NCBI GenBank assembly: GCA_035601615.1
Contig: DATNNX010000252.1
Span: forward strand, 1-48,495
DNA: 48,495 nt
Direction: 5' to 3'
Source: Xanthobacteraceae bacterium
GTDB lineage: Bacteria > Pseudomonadota > Alphaproteobacteria > Rhizobiales > Xanthobacteraceae
This document shows, one piece after another, positions 32,621-41,864 of this stretch. The stretch's first letter is position 1. The number at the start of each line of letters is the position of its first letter. The position numbers and the translations under genes were made by a program. The notes beneath the pieces are model-generated. The model had not been told where the DNA came from. It worked only from the letters and a program-made list of their open reading frames with translations, and made no database searches.

Positions 32621-34774
32621 TTATGCGCTGCTGAGATCGTGGTTCTTGAGCGGCAGGGACCGGATGCGCTTGCCGGTCGCCGCGAAGAGGGCGTTGCACA
32701 AGGCGGGGGCGAGCGGCGGCACGGCGGTTTCGCCGATCCCGCCCCAGCCCTCGCCCGGGACGATGACGGTTTCGATCCGCGGCATGTCCGCCAGACGCAG
32801 CATCGGATAGTCGTGGAAATTCGCCTGCTCGACCCGTCCGTCCCTGATGGTGATCTCGCCGTAAAGCGCCGCCGTCAGCGCGAACACGACTGCGCTCTCG
32901 GTCTGCATTTCGATGGTGAGCGGGTTGACCACGTGCCCGGCGTCAATCGCAGAGACGACGCGGTGCACGCGCACTTTGCCGTCGCTGGCGACAGAGGCCT
33001 CGACCACCTGCGCGCAGATGCTGTTTTGCGAGTTATGGAACGCGATGCCGCGGAATGCGCCCCCCGGCGGCGACGTGCCCCATCCGGCACGGGTCGCAAC
33101 GGCGTTGAGCACCGCAAGCTCTCTCGGCTTTCCCGCCAACAGCTTGCGCCTGAACAGATAGGGATCGGCACCGGCCGCAAAGGCCATCTCGTCGACGAAG
33201 CTTTCCTTGAAGAACGCGTTCTGCGAATGGTTGACGCTGCGCCAGACCCCGACAGGAACGTGGGTGTTGCGCATCGCGAAATCGAGGCGATAGTTCGGCA
33301 CGCCATAAGGCATGTCTTCCAAAAGGCCTTGGAGAAAATTCCTGTCGACCCCGAACTGCATCACGCGCGGAGATACCGCCGCAATGATGGACTGGCCGGC
33401 GATGCGGATTGACCAGGCGATCGGCGTGCCGGCGGCGTCGAGCCCGGCGACGAGCCTTGCCATTGCCACCGGACGATAAAAGTCGTGGCGGATGTCCTCT
33501 TCGCGCGTCCAGACGAGCTTCACCGGCTGGCCGACCTCTTTCGCGATCAGCACCGCTTGGCGCACGAAGTCCTGAAAGATCCCCCGTCGGCCGAAGCCCC
33601 CGCCGAGCATCATTTTGTGAATCACGACTTTGCTCGGCGGCACGCCGGCGGCATCGGCCGCGATCGCGAGCGCGGTCTCGCCGTCCTGGGTCGGCGCCCA
33701 GACCTCGACCACATCCGCTGTCACCTGCGCGGTGCAGTTCTGCGGCTCCATCGTGGCGTGAGCGAGAAAGGGCACCTCGTAATCCGCTTCGACCCGCTTG
33801 ATCGTATGCGCGAGCGCGCGCTCGACATCGCCGTCGTTGCGGCCGACGCGCGCATCCGTGGCGGTAAGCCCGGCTTGCAGGTGCGCGCGAATGCTGCCGC
33901 TGGAGACGGTGGAGTTCTCACCAAAATCCCAGCTCACCGGCAGCGCCTGCGCCGCCCGTTGCGCCTGCCACCAGCTGTCTGCGATCACGGCGACAGCATC
34001 CGCGAGCTTCACCACGCGGCGGACGCCTTTCATGCCCGACATCTTGCTCTCGTCGACCCATCTGAGCGAACCCTTGAACACCGGGCATTGGATGATCGCC
34101 GCGTAGAGCATGTTCGGCAGCTGAACGTCGATGGCGTAGATCGGCTTGCCCGCAACCTTGTCGGGAACATCGAGACGCCTTTGCCGCGTGCCGATCAGCT
34201 TCCAGTCCTTCGGGTCCTTCAAGGCGACCTGCGTGGGGGGAGCGATATCGGCCGCCGCCGCTGCGATCCGGCCGAACGTGATCCTGCGGCCGCTCGGGCG
34301 GTGGGTGATCACGCCTTGCGCGGCGGTGCATTCGGCATCGGGTACGTTCCAGCGCGCGGCGGCGGCCGCGATCAGCAACGCGCGCGCGGTAGCGCCGGCG
34401 CGGCGCAAATCATTCTGGGAGGCGCTGACGGAGCGGCTCGCGCCCGTCGACATGTTGCCCCAGACGCGGTCCCGCTTGCGATTCTCGTGCGGTGGCGCAA
34501 ACTCGGCCTTCACCTTGCTCCAGTCGCATTCGAGCTCTTCCGCCACCAGCATCGGCAAGGCGGTAAAGCTGCCTTGACCCATCTCCGATTTGGCGACGCG
34601 GATGATCACGGTCTCGTCGGGCTCGATCACGATCCAGGCGGTGATCTCGCGCGCGGAGGTTGCGGCGTGCGTGGCGCGCGGGCCGAACGGAATGTCGAAG
34701 CCGAGTACCAGCGAGCCGCCGACCGCGGCCACGCTGGCGAGAAAGGAGCGGCGGTCGAGGCGAACGCGGCTCAC
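32621..34774 (-). CDS. Tat-exported molybdopterin-binding large subunit, IorB/aldehyde-oxidoreductase-like (pair 1)
   Basis: Inferred GTG start at 34774, forming a GTGA overlap with the small-subunit stop. Tat motif [16 protein letters not shown]. The family region [40 protein letters not shown] is present. Confidence 0.85.
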   Translation of the reverse strand: MSRVRLDRRSFLASVAAVGGSLVLGFDIPFGPRATHAATSAREITAWIVIEPDETVIIRVAKSEMGQGSFTALPMLVAEELECDWSKVKAEFAPPHENRKRDRVWGNMSTGASRSVSASQNDLRRAGATARALLIAAAAARWNVPDAECTAAQGVITHRPSGRRITFGRIAAAAADIAPPTQVALKDPKDWKLIGTRQRRLDVPDKVAGKPIYAIDVQLPNMLYAAIIQCPVFKGSLRWVDESKMSGMKGVRRVVKLADAVAVIADSWWQAQRAAQALPVSWDFGENSTVSSGSIRAHLQAGLTATDARVGRNDGDVERALAHTIKRVEADYEVPFLAHATMEPQNCTAQVTADVVEVWAPTQDGETALAIAADAAGVPPSKVVIHKMMLGGGFGRRGIFQDFVRQAVLIAKEVGQPVKLVWTREEDIRHDFYRPVAMARLVAGLDAAGTPIAWSIRIAGQSIIAAVSPRVMQFGVDRNFLQGLLEDMPYGVPNYRLDFAMRNTHVPVGVWRSVNHSQNAFFKESFVDEMAFAAGADPYLFRRKLLAGKPRELAVLNAVATRAGWGTSPPGGAFRGIAFHNSQNSICAQVVEASVASDGKVRVHRVVSAIDAGHVVNPLTIEMQTESAVVFALTAALYGEITIRDGRVEQANFHDYPMLRLADMPRIETVIVPGEGWGGIGETAVPPLAPALCNALFAATGKRIRSLPLKNHDLSSA

Positions 34775-35244
34775 GGCAGTCTCGCTCCGCTCACGCGCCG
34801 GCCCGCGACGGCGTGGATCGCGGCGCGGATGCGCTGGTAGGTGCCGCAGCGGCAGATATTCGTGATGGCGGCGTCGATCTCCGCGTCGCTCGGATGAGGC
34901 TTCTCCTCGAGCAACGCGGCCACCGCCATCATCATTCCGCTCTGGCAATAGCCGCATTGCGGAACCTCGAGATCGAGCCACGCCTGCTGCACGGGATGGA
35001 GCGCGCCGTTTCGTCCCAGGCCTTCGATGGTGGTGATGTGCTTGTCAGCGGCCGTGCTCACCGGAACCGAACAAGAACGGATCGGCGCGCGGTCGATGTG
35101 GACCGTGCAGGCCCCGCATTGCGCGATCCCGCAGCCGTATTTGGTGCCGAGGAGCCCGAGCGTGTCCCGCAGCACCCAGAGCAGCGGCGTCTCCGGATCG
35201 ACATCGACGTCGTGGGCCCGTCCATTCACTGTAAGACGCGCCAT
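34771..35244 (-). CDS. [2Fe-2S]-binding small subunit, IorA/CoxS-like (pair 1)
   Basis: The two cluster motifs are [12 protein letters not shown] and [10 protein letters not shown]...CRCGTY. GGGAGAG RBS before ATG 35244. Confidence 0.9.
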   Translation of the reverse strand: MARLTVNGRAHDVDVDPETPLLWVLRDTLGLLGTKYGCGIAQCGACTVHIDRAPIRSCSVPVSTAADKHITTIEGLGRNGALHPVQQAWLDLEVPQCGYCQSGMMMAVAALLEEKPHPSDAEIDAAITNICRCGTYQRIRAAIHAVAGRRVSGARLP

Positions 35245-35391
35245 GGGTCTCTCCCGACCGAGCTTCAAAACGGCGGTTCGATCGACCTGAGATTAGTTCA
35301 AAAAAATCGCGCGCGCAAAATTTGCCGACGCGAACGTAAGCGTCAACGCCTCGGGCGCGGGCCGCGCGTCTGAATATCTTTCCACGATGAA

Positions 35392-35416
35392 AGCGGCGGC
35401 CGCATCGGCCGCCGCT
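35392..35416 (-). terminator. GC-rich hairpin between the two IorAB-like pairs (possible terminator or processing site)
   Basis: AGCGGCGGCCG-cat-CGGCCGCCGCT, an 11-bp perfect stem starting 10 nt after the pair-2 large-subunit stop. The downstream U-tract is poor. Confidence 0.45.
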
Positions 35417-35425
35417 TCGTTCTCG

Positions 35426-37606
35426 TTACGCGAACGAGATGTTGTGGCTCTTGAGCGGCATCGAGCGGATGCGCTGGCCCGTGGCGGCAAAGTACGCGTT
35501 GAGCACGGCCGGCGCGGCGACGCAGATCGTCGGCTCGCCGACGCCGCCCCAGAAGCCGCCCGACGGTATGAGGACCGTTTCCACCTTCGGCATCTCGGCA
35601 ATCCGCATGATGTCGTAGCTGTCGAAGTTCTGCTGCTCGATGCGTCCATCCTTGACGGTGCAGACGCCGTTGAATAGCGCGGTCAGCCCATACGCCGCGG
35701 AGCCCGCAACCTGCCGTTCGATTTGGGCCGGATTGACGGCGTATCCCGGGTCGGTGGCGGCAACGATGCGGTGGATCTTGATCTTGCTGCCGCTCACCAC
35801 CGAGATTTCCGCCGCCCCGGCCACATAGCTGCCATAGGCCATCTGCTGGGCAAGCCCGCGATAGACGCCTTGCGGGGCAGGCTGTCCCCAGCCGATCTTC
35901 TCGGCCACGGCATTGAGCACCGCGAGGTGCTTGGGATATTTCGCCATCAGCTTGCGGCGAAACTCGAGCGGATCCTCTCCGGCCGCGTGCGCGAGCTCAT
36001 CCATGAAGCACTCGAGATAGATCGCGTTTTGATTGTTGTTGACGCCGCGCCAGAAGCCCGGCGTGACGTGCGGGTTTCGCATGGCATGATCGATCAGCAG
36101 ATTGGGAACGTCGTAACCGAACGCGCCTTCGGAGCCGCCGGGATTGAGCCCCTGGAAGGTCGCGGGGTCGCGACCGTTCTGCAGCCGCGCAGGAGCGAGG
36201 GTGGCCAGGATCGACTGGCCGGAAATCCGCATGTGCAAGCCGGTGAGATTGCCGTTGGCATCGAGCGCACCGGTGAGCTTGCACTGCGTGATCGGATGGT
36301 ACGTGTCCTGCGTCATATCCTCTTCGCGCGACCAGAGAAGCTTGATCGGGGTGCCCGGCACCTGCTTTGCGATCAGCACCGCTTGGGTGACGTAATCGGT
36401 CCGTCCGCGCCGGCCGAAACCGCCGCCGAGCAGGAACTTGTGCACGTCGCACTTCGCGATCGGCAGCCCCGACGCCTCGGAGGTCGCGGCCAACGCCGCT
36501 TCCGCATTCTGCGAGCTCGTCCACACCTCACATTTGTCGGGCGTGTAGACCGCGGTTGCGTTCATCGGCTCCATGCACGCATGCGCCTGGTACGGATAGC
36601 CGTAGACTGCCTCGACCTTCTTCGCCGCGCCGGCGATCGCTGCTTTCACGTCGCCCTTTTGGTTGCCGACGAAAGCTTCCTGCGCATCGAGTCCGGCCTT
36701 GAGCAGCTCGCCGATCGAGGCGCTGCTGACCTTGGCGTTCTCGCCCTCGTCCCACACGATCGGTAGCGCTTCGAGCGCGGTCTTGGCCCGCCACCAGCTG
36801 TCGCCGACGACGGCGACGGCGGTCTGACCGACCTGCACGACGTGCTTCACGCCCTTGTTGCCGGCGATCTTGGCGGCGTCGAAGCTTTTCACTTTGCCGC
36901 CGTGAACGGGGCACGCCTTCACCGCGGCATACAACATGCCGGGCAGCCTCACGTCGATCGCGTAAGGCGCCTTGCCGGTCAGCTTGTCCGGCGTATCGAG
37001 CCGCTTGGCCGGCTTGCCGGCGATCTTCCAGTCCTTGGGATCCTTGAGCTTGACCTCGGCGGGCGGCTCGAGCTTTGCCGCGGCCTCGGCTACCTTGCCA
37101 TAGGTGGTGGTGCGCCCGGACGGCTTGTGCGTGATGACGCTATTCTCGGCCGTGCACTCGGCGGTCGGCACGTTCCACGTATTGGCGGCGGCCTGGATCA
37201 GCATCATGCGCGCGGCAGCGCCGCCCTTGCGCACGTATTCGTTCGACTCGCGGATGCCGCGGCTGCCGGTAGTCGAGAAATCGCCCCACACGCGCTTGCG
37301 GGCGACGTTCTGGCCCGGCGTCGGCTGATCGGCTGTGACCTTCGACCAGTCGCATTCGAGCTCCTCGGCGACGAGCTGCGCGAGCCCCGTCAGCGTGCCT
37401 TGGCCCATCTCGGCCCGGGCGATGCGAATGGCCACGGTGTCGTCGGGGCGGATCACCACCCAGGCATTGATCTCGGGCGTCGCGTCCTGCGCGCGCGCGA
37501 CCGGCGGGCCAGCGAAGGGAAGCTCGAAGCCGAGCGTCAAGCCGCCGCCCAAGGCGGCTGCGCTCACGACGAAACTGCGGCGATCGATGTTCGCTACGTG
37601 ATTCAT
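35426..37606 (-). CDS. Tat-exported molybdopterin-binding large subunit, IorB-like (pair 2)
   Basis: ATG 37606 (MNHVANIDRRSFVVSAAALGG, Tat motif) is preceded by GGGAGG. Collinear similarity to pair 1 ([40 protein letters not shown]). Confidence 0.87.
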   Translation of the reverse strand: MNHVANIDRRSFVVSAAALGGGLTLGFELPFAGPPVARAQDATPEINAWVVIRPDDTVAIRIARAEMGQGTLTGLAQLVAEELECDWSKVTADQPTPGQNVARKRVWGDFSTTGSRGIRESNEYVRKGGAAARMMLIQAAANTWNVPTAECTAENSVITHKPSGRTTTYGKVAEAAAKLEPPAEVKLKDPKDWKIAGKPAKRLDTPDKLTGKAPYAIDVRLPGMLYAAVKACPVHGGKVKSFDAAKIAGNKGVKHVVQVGQTAVAVVGDSWWRAKTALEALPIVWDEGENAKVSSASIGELLKAGLDAQEAFVGNQKGDVKAAIAGAAKKVEAVYGYPYQAHACMEPMNATAVYTPDKCEVWTSSQNAEAALAATSEASGLPIAKCDVHKFLLGGGFGRRGRTDYVTQAVLIAKQVPGTPIKLLWSREEDMTQDTYHPITQCKLTGALDANGNLTGLHMRISGQSILATLAPARLQNGRDPATFQGLNPGGSEGAFGYDVPNLLIDHAMRNPHVTPGFWRGVNNNQNAIYLECFMDELAHAAGEDPLEFRRKLMAKYPKHLAVLNAVAEKIGWGQPAPQGVYRGLAQQMAYGSYVAGAAEISVVSGSKIKIHRIVAATDPGYAVNPAQIERQVAGSAAYGLTALFNGVCTVKDGRIEQQNFDSYDIMRIAEMPKVETVLIPSGGFWGGVGEPTICVAAPAVLNAYFAATGQRIRSMPLKSHNISFA

Positions 37607-37620
37607 GGCTGCCTCCCCGC

Positions 37621-38073
37621 TCACGCGCTCGCGGCAGCGGCGTGGATCGCCGCGCGCACCTGCTGGTAGGTGCCGCAGCGGCAGATATTGGTGATGTTGC
37701 TGTCGATGTCGGCGTCGGTCGGTTTCGGCTTGTCCTTGAGCAGCGCCGCCACCGCCATGATCATGCCGCACTGGCAATAACCGCATTGCGGCACGTCGTG
37801 ATCGAGCCAGGCCTGCTGCACCTTGTGCAGCACGCCGTTCTGCGCCAATCCCTCGATGGTAGTGATCTGACGGCCCTCGACTGCGCTCAACGGCACCGAG
37901 CACGAGCGCATCGCAATGCCGTCGACATGCACGCTGCAGGCGCCGCACTGGGCGATGCCGCAGCCATATTTGGTGCCGGTCAGTCCAAGCGTGTCGCGCA
38001 ACACCCACAGCAGCGGGGTCTCGGGGTCGACATCGACCTGGTGAGTCCTTCCATTGACGGTGAGTTCAGCCAT
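37621..38073 (-). CDS. [2Fe-2S]-binding small subunit, IorA-like (pair 2)
   Basis: [48 protein letters not shown] is near-identical in its N-terminal third to pair 1. GGAGG RBS. Confidence 0.9.
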   Translation of the reverse strand: MAELTVNGRTHQVDVDPETPLLWVLRDTLGLTGTKYGCGIAQCGACSVHVDGIAMRSCSVPLSAVEGRQITTIEGLAQNGVLHKVQQAWLDHDVPQCGYCQCGMIMAVAALLKDKPKPTDADIDSNITNICRCGTYQQVRAAIHAAAASA

Positions 38074-38372
38074 TTTGCAAACCTCCATGAATCGCCGGCA
38101 TGAAGAGGTAATGATTCGTCCGGCGACCCCTCGGCCCCGCCGCGCATCTTGGGGGAAACCTGTCCGTAGGAACACCGCGCATGGTAGCAAAGTTCCATGG
38201 TGACATGGACCCCTTACCACGAGCGCAGCGGGGCCGCCGCGTAAAATCTGAATAAACTGCGAGCGGTCGCCAATCGCCGCCGATCGAGAGATGCGCGGCG
38301 CCAGAAACCGTTTGAGCCGTCTGCGAACGTCCCCTACCTTTTCGGGGCGGCGGTGGGACGGCAGATTGGATC

Positions 38373-39146
38373 ATGGAGTTTGCTCGGCAGACGATCGAGA
38401 TTAATGGCTGCAAGCTCAGCCTGGCGCGTGGCGGCAAGGGCGCGCCGTTGATCTACCTGCACGGCACCGACGGGCTTGCGGACTGGCCGGGCCTTCTCGA
38501 TACATTGGCAGAGCGCTTCGACGTCATTGCCCCCGATCATCCCGGCTTCGGCGGCTCGGAGGCGCCGGCCTGGATCGATGACATTTCCGATCTCGCCTAT
38601 TGCTATCTCGATGCCATCGAGGTTCTTGGCCTCTCCGGCGTTCACATCGTCGGGCAATCGCTGGGCGGTTGGATTGCGCTTGAAATGGCGGTGCGCTCGA
38701 CGCAGCGCCTGCGCAGCTTGACGCTGGTCTCGGCCGCCGGCATCCACGTCAAGGGCGTAGGCAAGGCTGATATTTTCATCATCGATCCGGAGGAGCAGGC
38801 GCGCCTCGCCTATGCCGACCCCAAGCTCGGCGAGGAAGCGGCGGCTCGCGCCGCCACGGACAAATATCAGGATCTCGCAATCCTCAACCGCATCGCTAGC
38901 GCGCGCTTCGGGTGGCAGCCCCGCTTCTTCAACCCGCGGCTCGAGCGCTGGCTGCACCGGGTGAATGTCCCCACGCACATCGTCTGGGGTGACGACGATC
39001 GCATCATTCCGCCGGCTTACGCCGAGGCGTTCCACCGCCTGATCCCGGGCTCCACGCTGACCATGATTCCCAATGCCGGGCACCTGCCGCACATCGAGCG
39101 CGCCGCCGCCGTCACCGAGGCGATCCGAGGCTTCCTGCGGAACTGA
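38373..39146 (+). CDS. Alpha/beta-fold hydrolase (meta-cleavage-product hydrolase-like)
   Basis: Oxyanion HGT, nucleophile elbow GQSLGG and a C-terminal catalytic His region (NAGHLPHIE). Confidence 0.85.
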   Translation: MEFARQTIEINGCKLSLARGGKGAPLIYLHGTDGLADWPGLLDTLAERFDVIAPDHPGFGGSEAPAWIDDISDLAYCYLDAIEVLGLSGVHIVGQSLGGWIALEMAVRSTQRLRSLTLVSAAGIHVKGVGKADIFIIDPEEQARLAYADPKLGEEAAARAATDKYQDLAILNRIASARFGWQPRFFNPRLERWLHRVNVPTHIVWGDDDRIIPPAYAEAFHRLIPGSTLTMIPNAGHLPHIERAAAVTEAIRGFLRN

Positions 39147-39201
39147 TGTGCCCGCCGTGAAGGTAGTGCGCTTTGCGTGAACTCACGTCCAGGAGACAAC
39201 A

Positions 39202-40041
39202 ATGACAACGAAGAAATACGAGACCGTCCTGATCGAGAAGCAGGATGGCATCACTTGGCTGATCATGAACCGGCCGGACAAGCGCAACGCCATGAGCCCG
39301 CAGCTCCACCTCGAGATGGACGACGCGCTGGCCGAGCTCGCGGTCGATCCGCAGACCCAGGTCCTCGTGCTCACCGGTGCGGGCGATGCCTTCTGCGCGG
39401 GGCAAGACATCAAGCTTTATTTCCGCGCCAACGACGATGCGCCGGCGGCGAGGGCCAAAGCCCGCTACGCCTCCAATCAGTGGCGCTGGCACAGGCTCTC
39501 GAACTTTCCGCAGCCGACCATCGCCATGGTCAACGGCTACTGCTTCGGCGGCGGCTTCACGCAAGTCTGTGCCTGCGATTTCGCGCTGGCAGCCGACGAA
39601 GCGCCGTTCGGCCTTTCAGAGGTCAACTGGGGCATTCTGCCCGGCGGCATCGTGTCATGGAACGTCGCGCAGACATTGAACTTCCGCGACGGCATGTATT
39701 ACGCGCTCACCGGCGACACGTTCGACGGTAAGAAGGCCAAGGAGATCGGATTCGTGAACTTCTCCTATCCCAAGGAGAAGCTGAAAGAGGAGACGATCAA
39801 GCTCGCTAAAAAACTGATGGAGAAGAGCCCGGCCGTGCTGCGCTACACTAAAGAGGCGCTGCGCGCCGTGCGGTTCATGAACGAGCCGCAGGCCGCCGAC
39901 TACCTCAACGCCAAGAGCGATGCCTTGCGTTTCGTCGATAAGGAAGACAGCCGCACGCAAGGCATGAAGCAGTTTCTCGATGAGAAGACCTATCGCCCGG
40001 GTTTTGGCGCCTTCAAACGCCAGAAGGCGGCGCGTCCGTAG
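39202..40041 (+). CDS. Crotonase-superfamily enoyl-CoA hydratase/lyase, hydroxycinnamoyl-CoA hydratase-lyase (HCHL)-like
   Basis: Collinear by-eye similarity to my recollection of Pseudomonas HCHL (NRPDKRNAMSP, VLVLTGAGDAFCAGQDIK, PTIAMVNGYCFGGGF, FGLSEVNWGILPGG, GMKQFLDEKTYRPG). AGGAGA RBS. Confidence 0.72.
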   Translation: MTTKKYETVLIEKQDGITWLIMNRPDKRNAMSPQLHLEMDDALAELAVDPQTQVLVLTGAGDAFCAGQDIKLYFRANDDAPAARAKARYASNQWRWHRLSNFPQPTIAMVNGYCFGGGFTQVCACDFALAADEAPFGLSEVNWGILPGGIVSWNVAQTLNFRDGMYYALTGDTFDGKKAKEIGFVNFSYPKEKLKEETIKLAKKLMEKSPAVLRYTKEALRAVRFMNEPQAADYLNAKSDALRFVDKEDSRTQGMKQFLDEKTYRPGFGAFKRQKAARP

Positions 40042-40098
40042 TAGACGATCCGGCTGATCGGCTTGGGTATCGCCGGCGCACGGCACGGCGTACGCCTA

Positions 40099-41859
40099 CT
40101 ATCGCGGCGCATTCTTGGCCTTCTCGGCCCTCAACTGCGCACGGCGCGCCTGCGTGGCCGCCACATCGATCGCCCATGATCGCCCGGCCGGCCGCAGGAT
40201 CACGCCATAGTCGCGCTCCGCCGCCTCTTTGGAAACGGCGCCCTCGCACACGTCGGCCAGCACGCGTTCGGCCTCGCGCGCGAGCGGATCGCCATATCCG
40301 CCGCCGCCCGGGGTATCGAGTCGAAAGGTGTCTTGCGCCCGCAAGGGATAATCGGCGTAGCGGGTCGGCAAGCGCTTCGCCGCCGCGCGCTCCGGGTTGA
40401 TCCAGATATCGCCGGCACGCCCGCTCTCGCCGCCGACGCAGCCGTTCGGGGGGATTGCATGCTTCATCGAGCGGATGGAGAAGCGCGCATCGGCGAGGTT
40501 GAGATATTCGCGGCGGATGCCGAGCCCGCCGCGGAACTCGCCCGCGCCGCCGGAATCGGTGATCAGCTCGAAGCGGGTGATGCGAGTGGGAAATTCGCTC
40601 TCAATGATCTCCACGGGCGCGATCTTGGCATTGCTTTGATTGACCGTGATGCCGGAGGCCCCATCCTTGCCCACCCGCGCGCCGGCGCCGCCGGCGATGA
40701 TCTCGTATTGCACATAGCCCTTGCCGGTATAGGTGTTGCGCCCGCCTAGGATGATGGAGCGGCTGCCGCTGCCGTCGGCGCGCGCCTTGCCCGGCACGAC
40801 GTGGCTCACGGCGGCGAAGATGGCGTCCACAAGCGCATGGATGGTGGGATTGTAGGTGTTGACCGGGGCGGGAAACCGCGGGTTTAGCACGCTGCCCTCG
40901 CGTGCCGTCATGGTGAAGCCGCGAAGAAGCCCGCTCGATACATACATGTTCGGATCGATCAGCGAGATCAGCGCGTAGGCGCAGGCTGCTTGCACCAAGG
41001 GCGGGCGGATATTCGCGGGGCCCTTGGTTTGGTCCGCCGAGCCGCTGAAATCGAAATGAAGCGCGTCTCCTCTCTTTTCGATGACCACGTGGATGCGCAC
41101 CGGCCGCTCGAGCTCGACGCCGTCGTCGTCGACGAAACGCTCCGCCTCGAAACGGCCGTCCTTCCATTCGGCGATTGCCTGCTTGACCTTTACTTCCGAC
41201 ATTTCGAGTAGGCGATCGAAGCAGGCGAGGATTTCCCGTTTGCCGAATTTGCCGACGAGCTCTCCGAGCCGCCTCTCGCCCAGCCGGTCGGCGCCGAGTT
41301 GGCCGCGGATGTCGCCCAGCACGAGTTCCGGGGTGCGGCTGTTGGCGCCGATCAGCCGCTCGATGTCGCCGTGGCGGCGATAGGCCGTCTCGTAGCGCAC
41401 GGCGGGCAGGTGCAGCCCCTCGTTGAAGATTTCCCGCGCTTGGCCCGAGCAGCTTCCCGGTACCGGGCCGCCGATGTCGCTCTTGTGCGCGATCGAGCCG
41501 CAGAAGCCGAACAGCTCGCCGTCCGCGAAGAACGGCGTAAGGACGGCAATGTCGGGCGCGTGCGGACTGCCGCCCTGGTAGGGATGATTGATCAGGAAGG
41601 CGTCCCCTTGCGCCATGCCGCCGCCGAATGCGTCGATGACGGCGGCGGTAGAGGCCGGGAAGGCGCCGATGTGTAGCGGCAACACCACGTGCTGAGCCAC
41701 CACCTCGCCGCGCGCGTTCATCAGCGCACAGGACGCATCCTGCGACTCCCGCACGATGGTAGAAAAGCCGGTGCGGAACAGCGAGTTCTGCATCTCCTGC
41801 ACGATGCCGGAGAGACTGGCCTTCACCACTTCGAGATCGACGGGATCGATGGCGTGCAC
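40099..41859 (-). CDS. hyuB: Hydantoinase B/oxoprolinase family protein (HyuB-like)
   Basis: DPVDLEVVKASLSGIVQEMQNSLFRTGFSTIVRESQDASCAL and FLINHPYQGGSPHAPDI. I infer a GTG start at 41859 with GGAGAA upstream, 5 nt after the hyuA stop. Confidence 0.85.
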   Translation of the reverse strand: MHAIDPVDLEVVKASLSGIVQEMQNSLFRTGFSTIVRESQDASCALMNARGEVVAQHVVLPLHIGAFPASTAAVIDAFGGGMAQGDAFLINHPYQGGSPHAPDIAVLTPFFADGELFGFCGSIAHKSDIGGPVPGSCSGQAREIFNEGLHLPAVRYETAYRRHGDIERLIGANSRTPELVLGDIRGQLGADRLGERRLGELVGKFGKREILACFDRLLEMSEVKVKQAIAEWKDGRFEAERFVDDDGVELERPVRIHVVIEKRGDALHFDFSGSADQTKGPANIRPPLVQAACAYALISLIDPNMYVSSGLLRGFTMTAREGSVLNPRFPAPVNTYNPTIHALVDAIFAAVSHVVPGKARADGSGSRSIILGGRNTYTGKGYVQYEIIAGGAGARVGKDGASGITVNQSNAKIAPVEIIESEFPTRITRFELITDSGGAGEFRGGLGIRREYLNLADARFSIRSMKHAIPPNGCVGGESGRAGDIWINPERAAAKRLPTRYADYPLRAQDTFRLDTPGGGGYGDPLAREAERVLADVCEGAVSKEAAERDYGVILRPAGRSWAIDVAATQARRAQLRAEKAKNAPR

Positions 41860-41864
41860 GGCGA

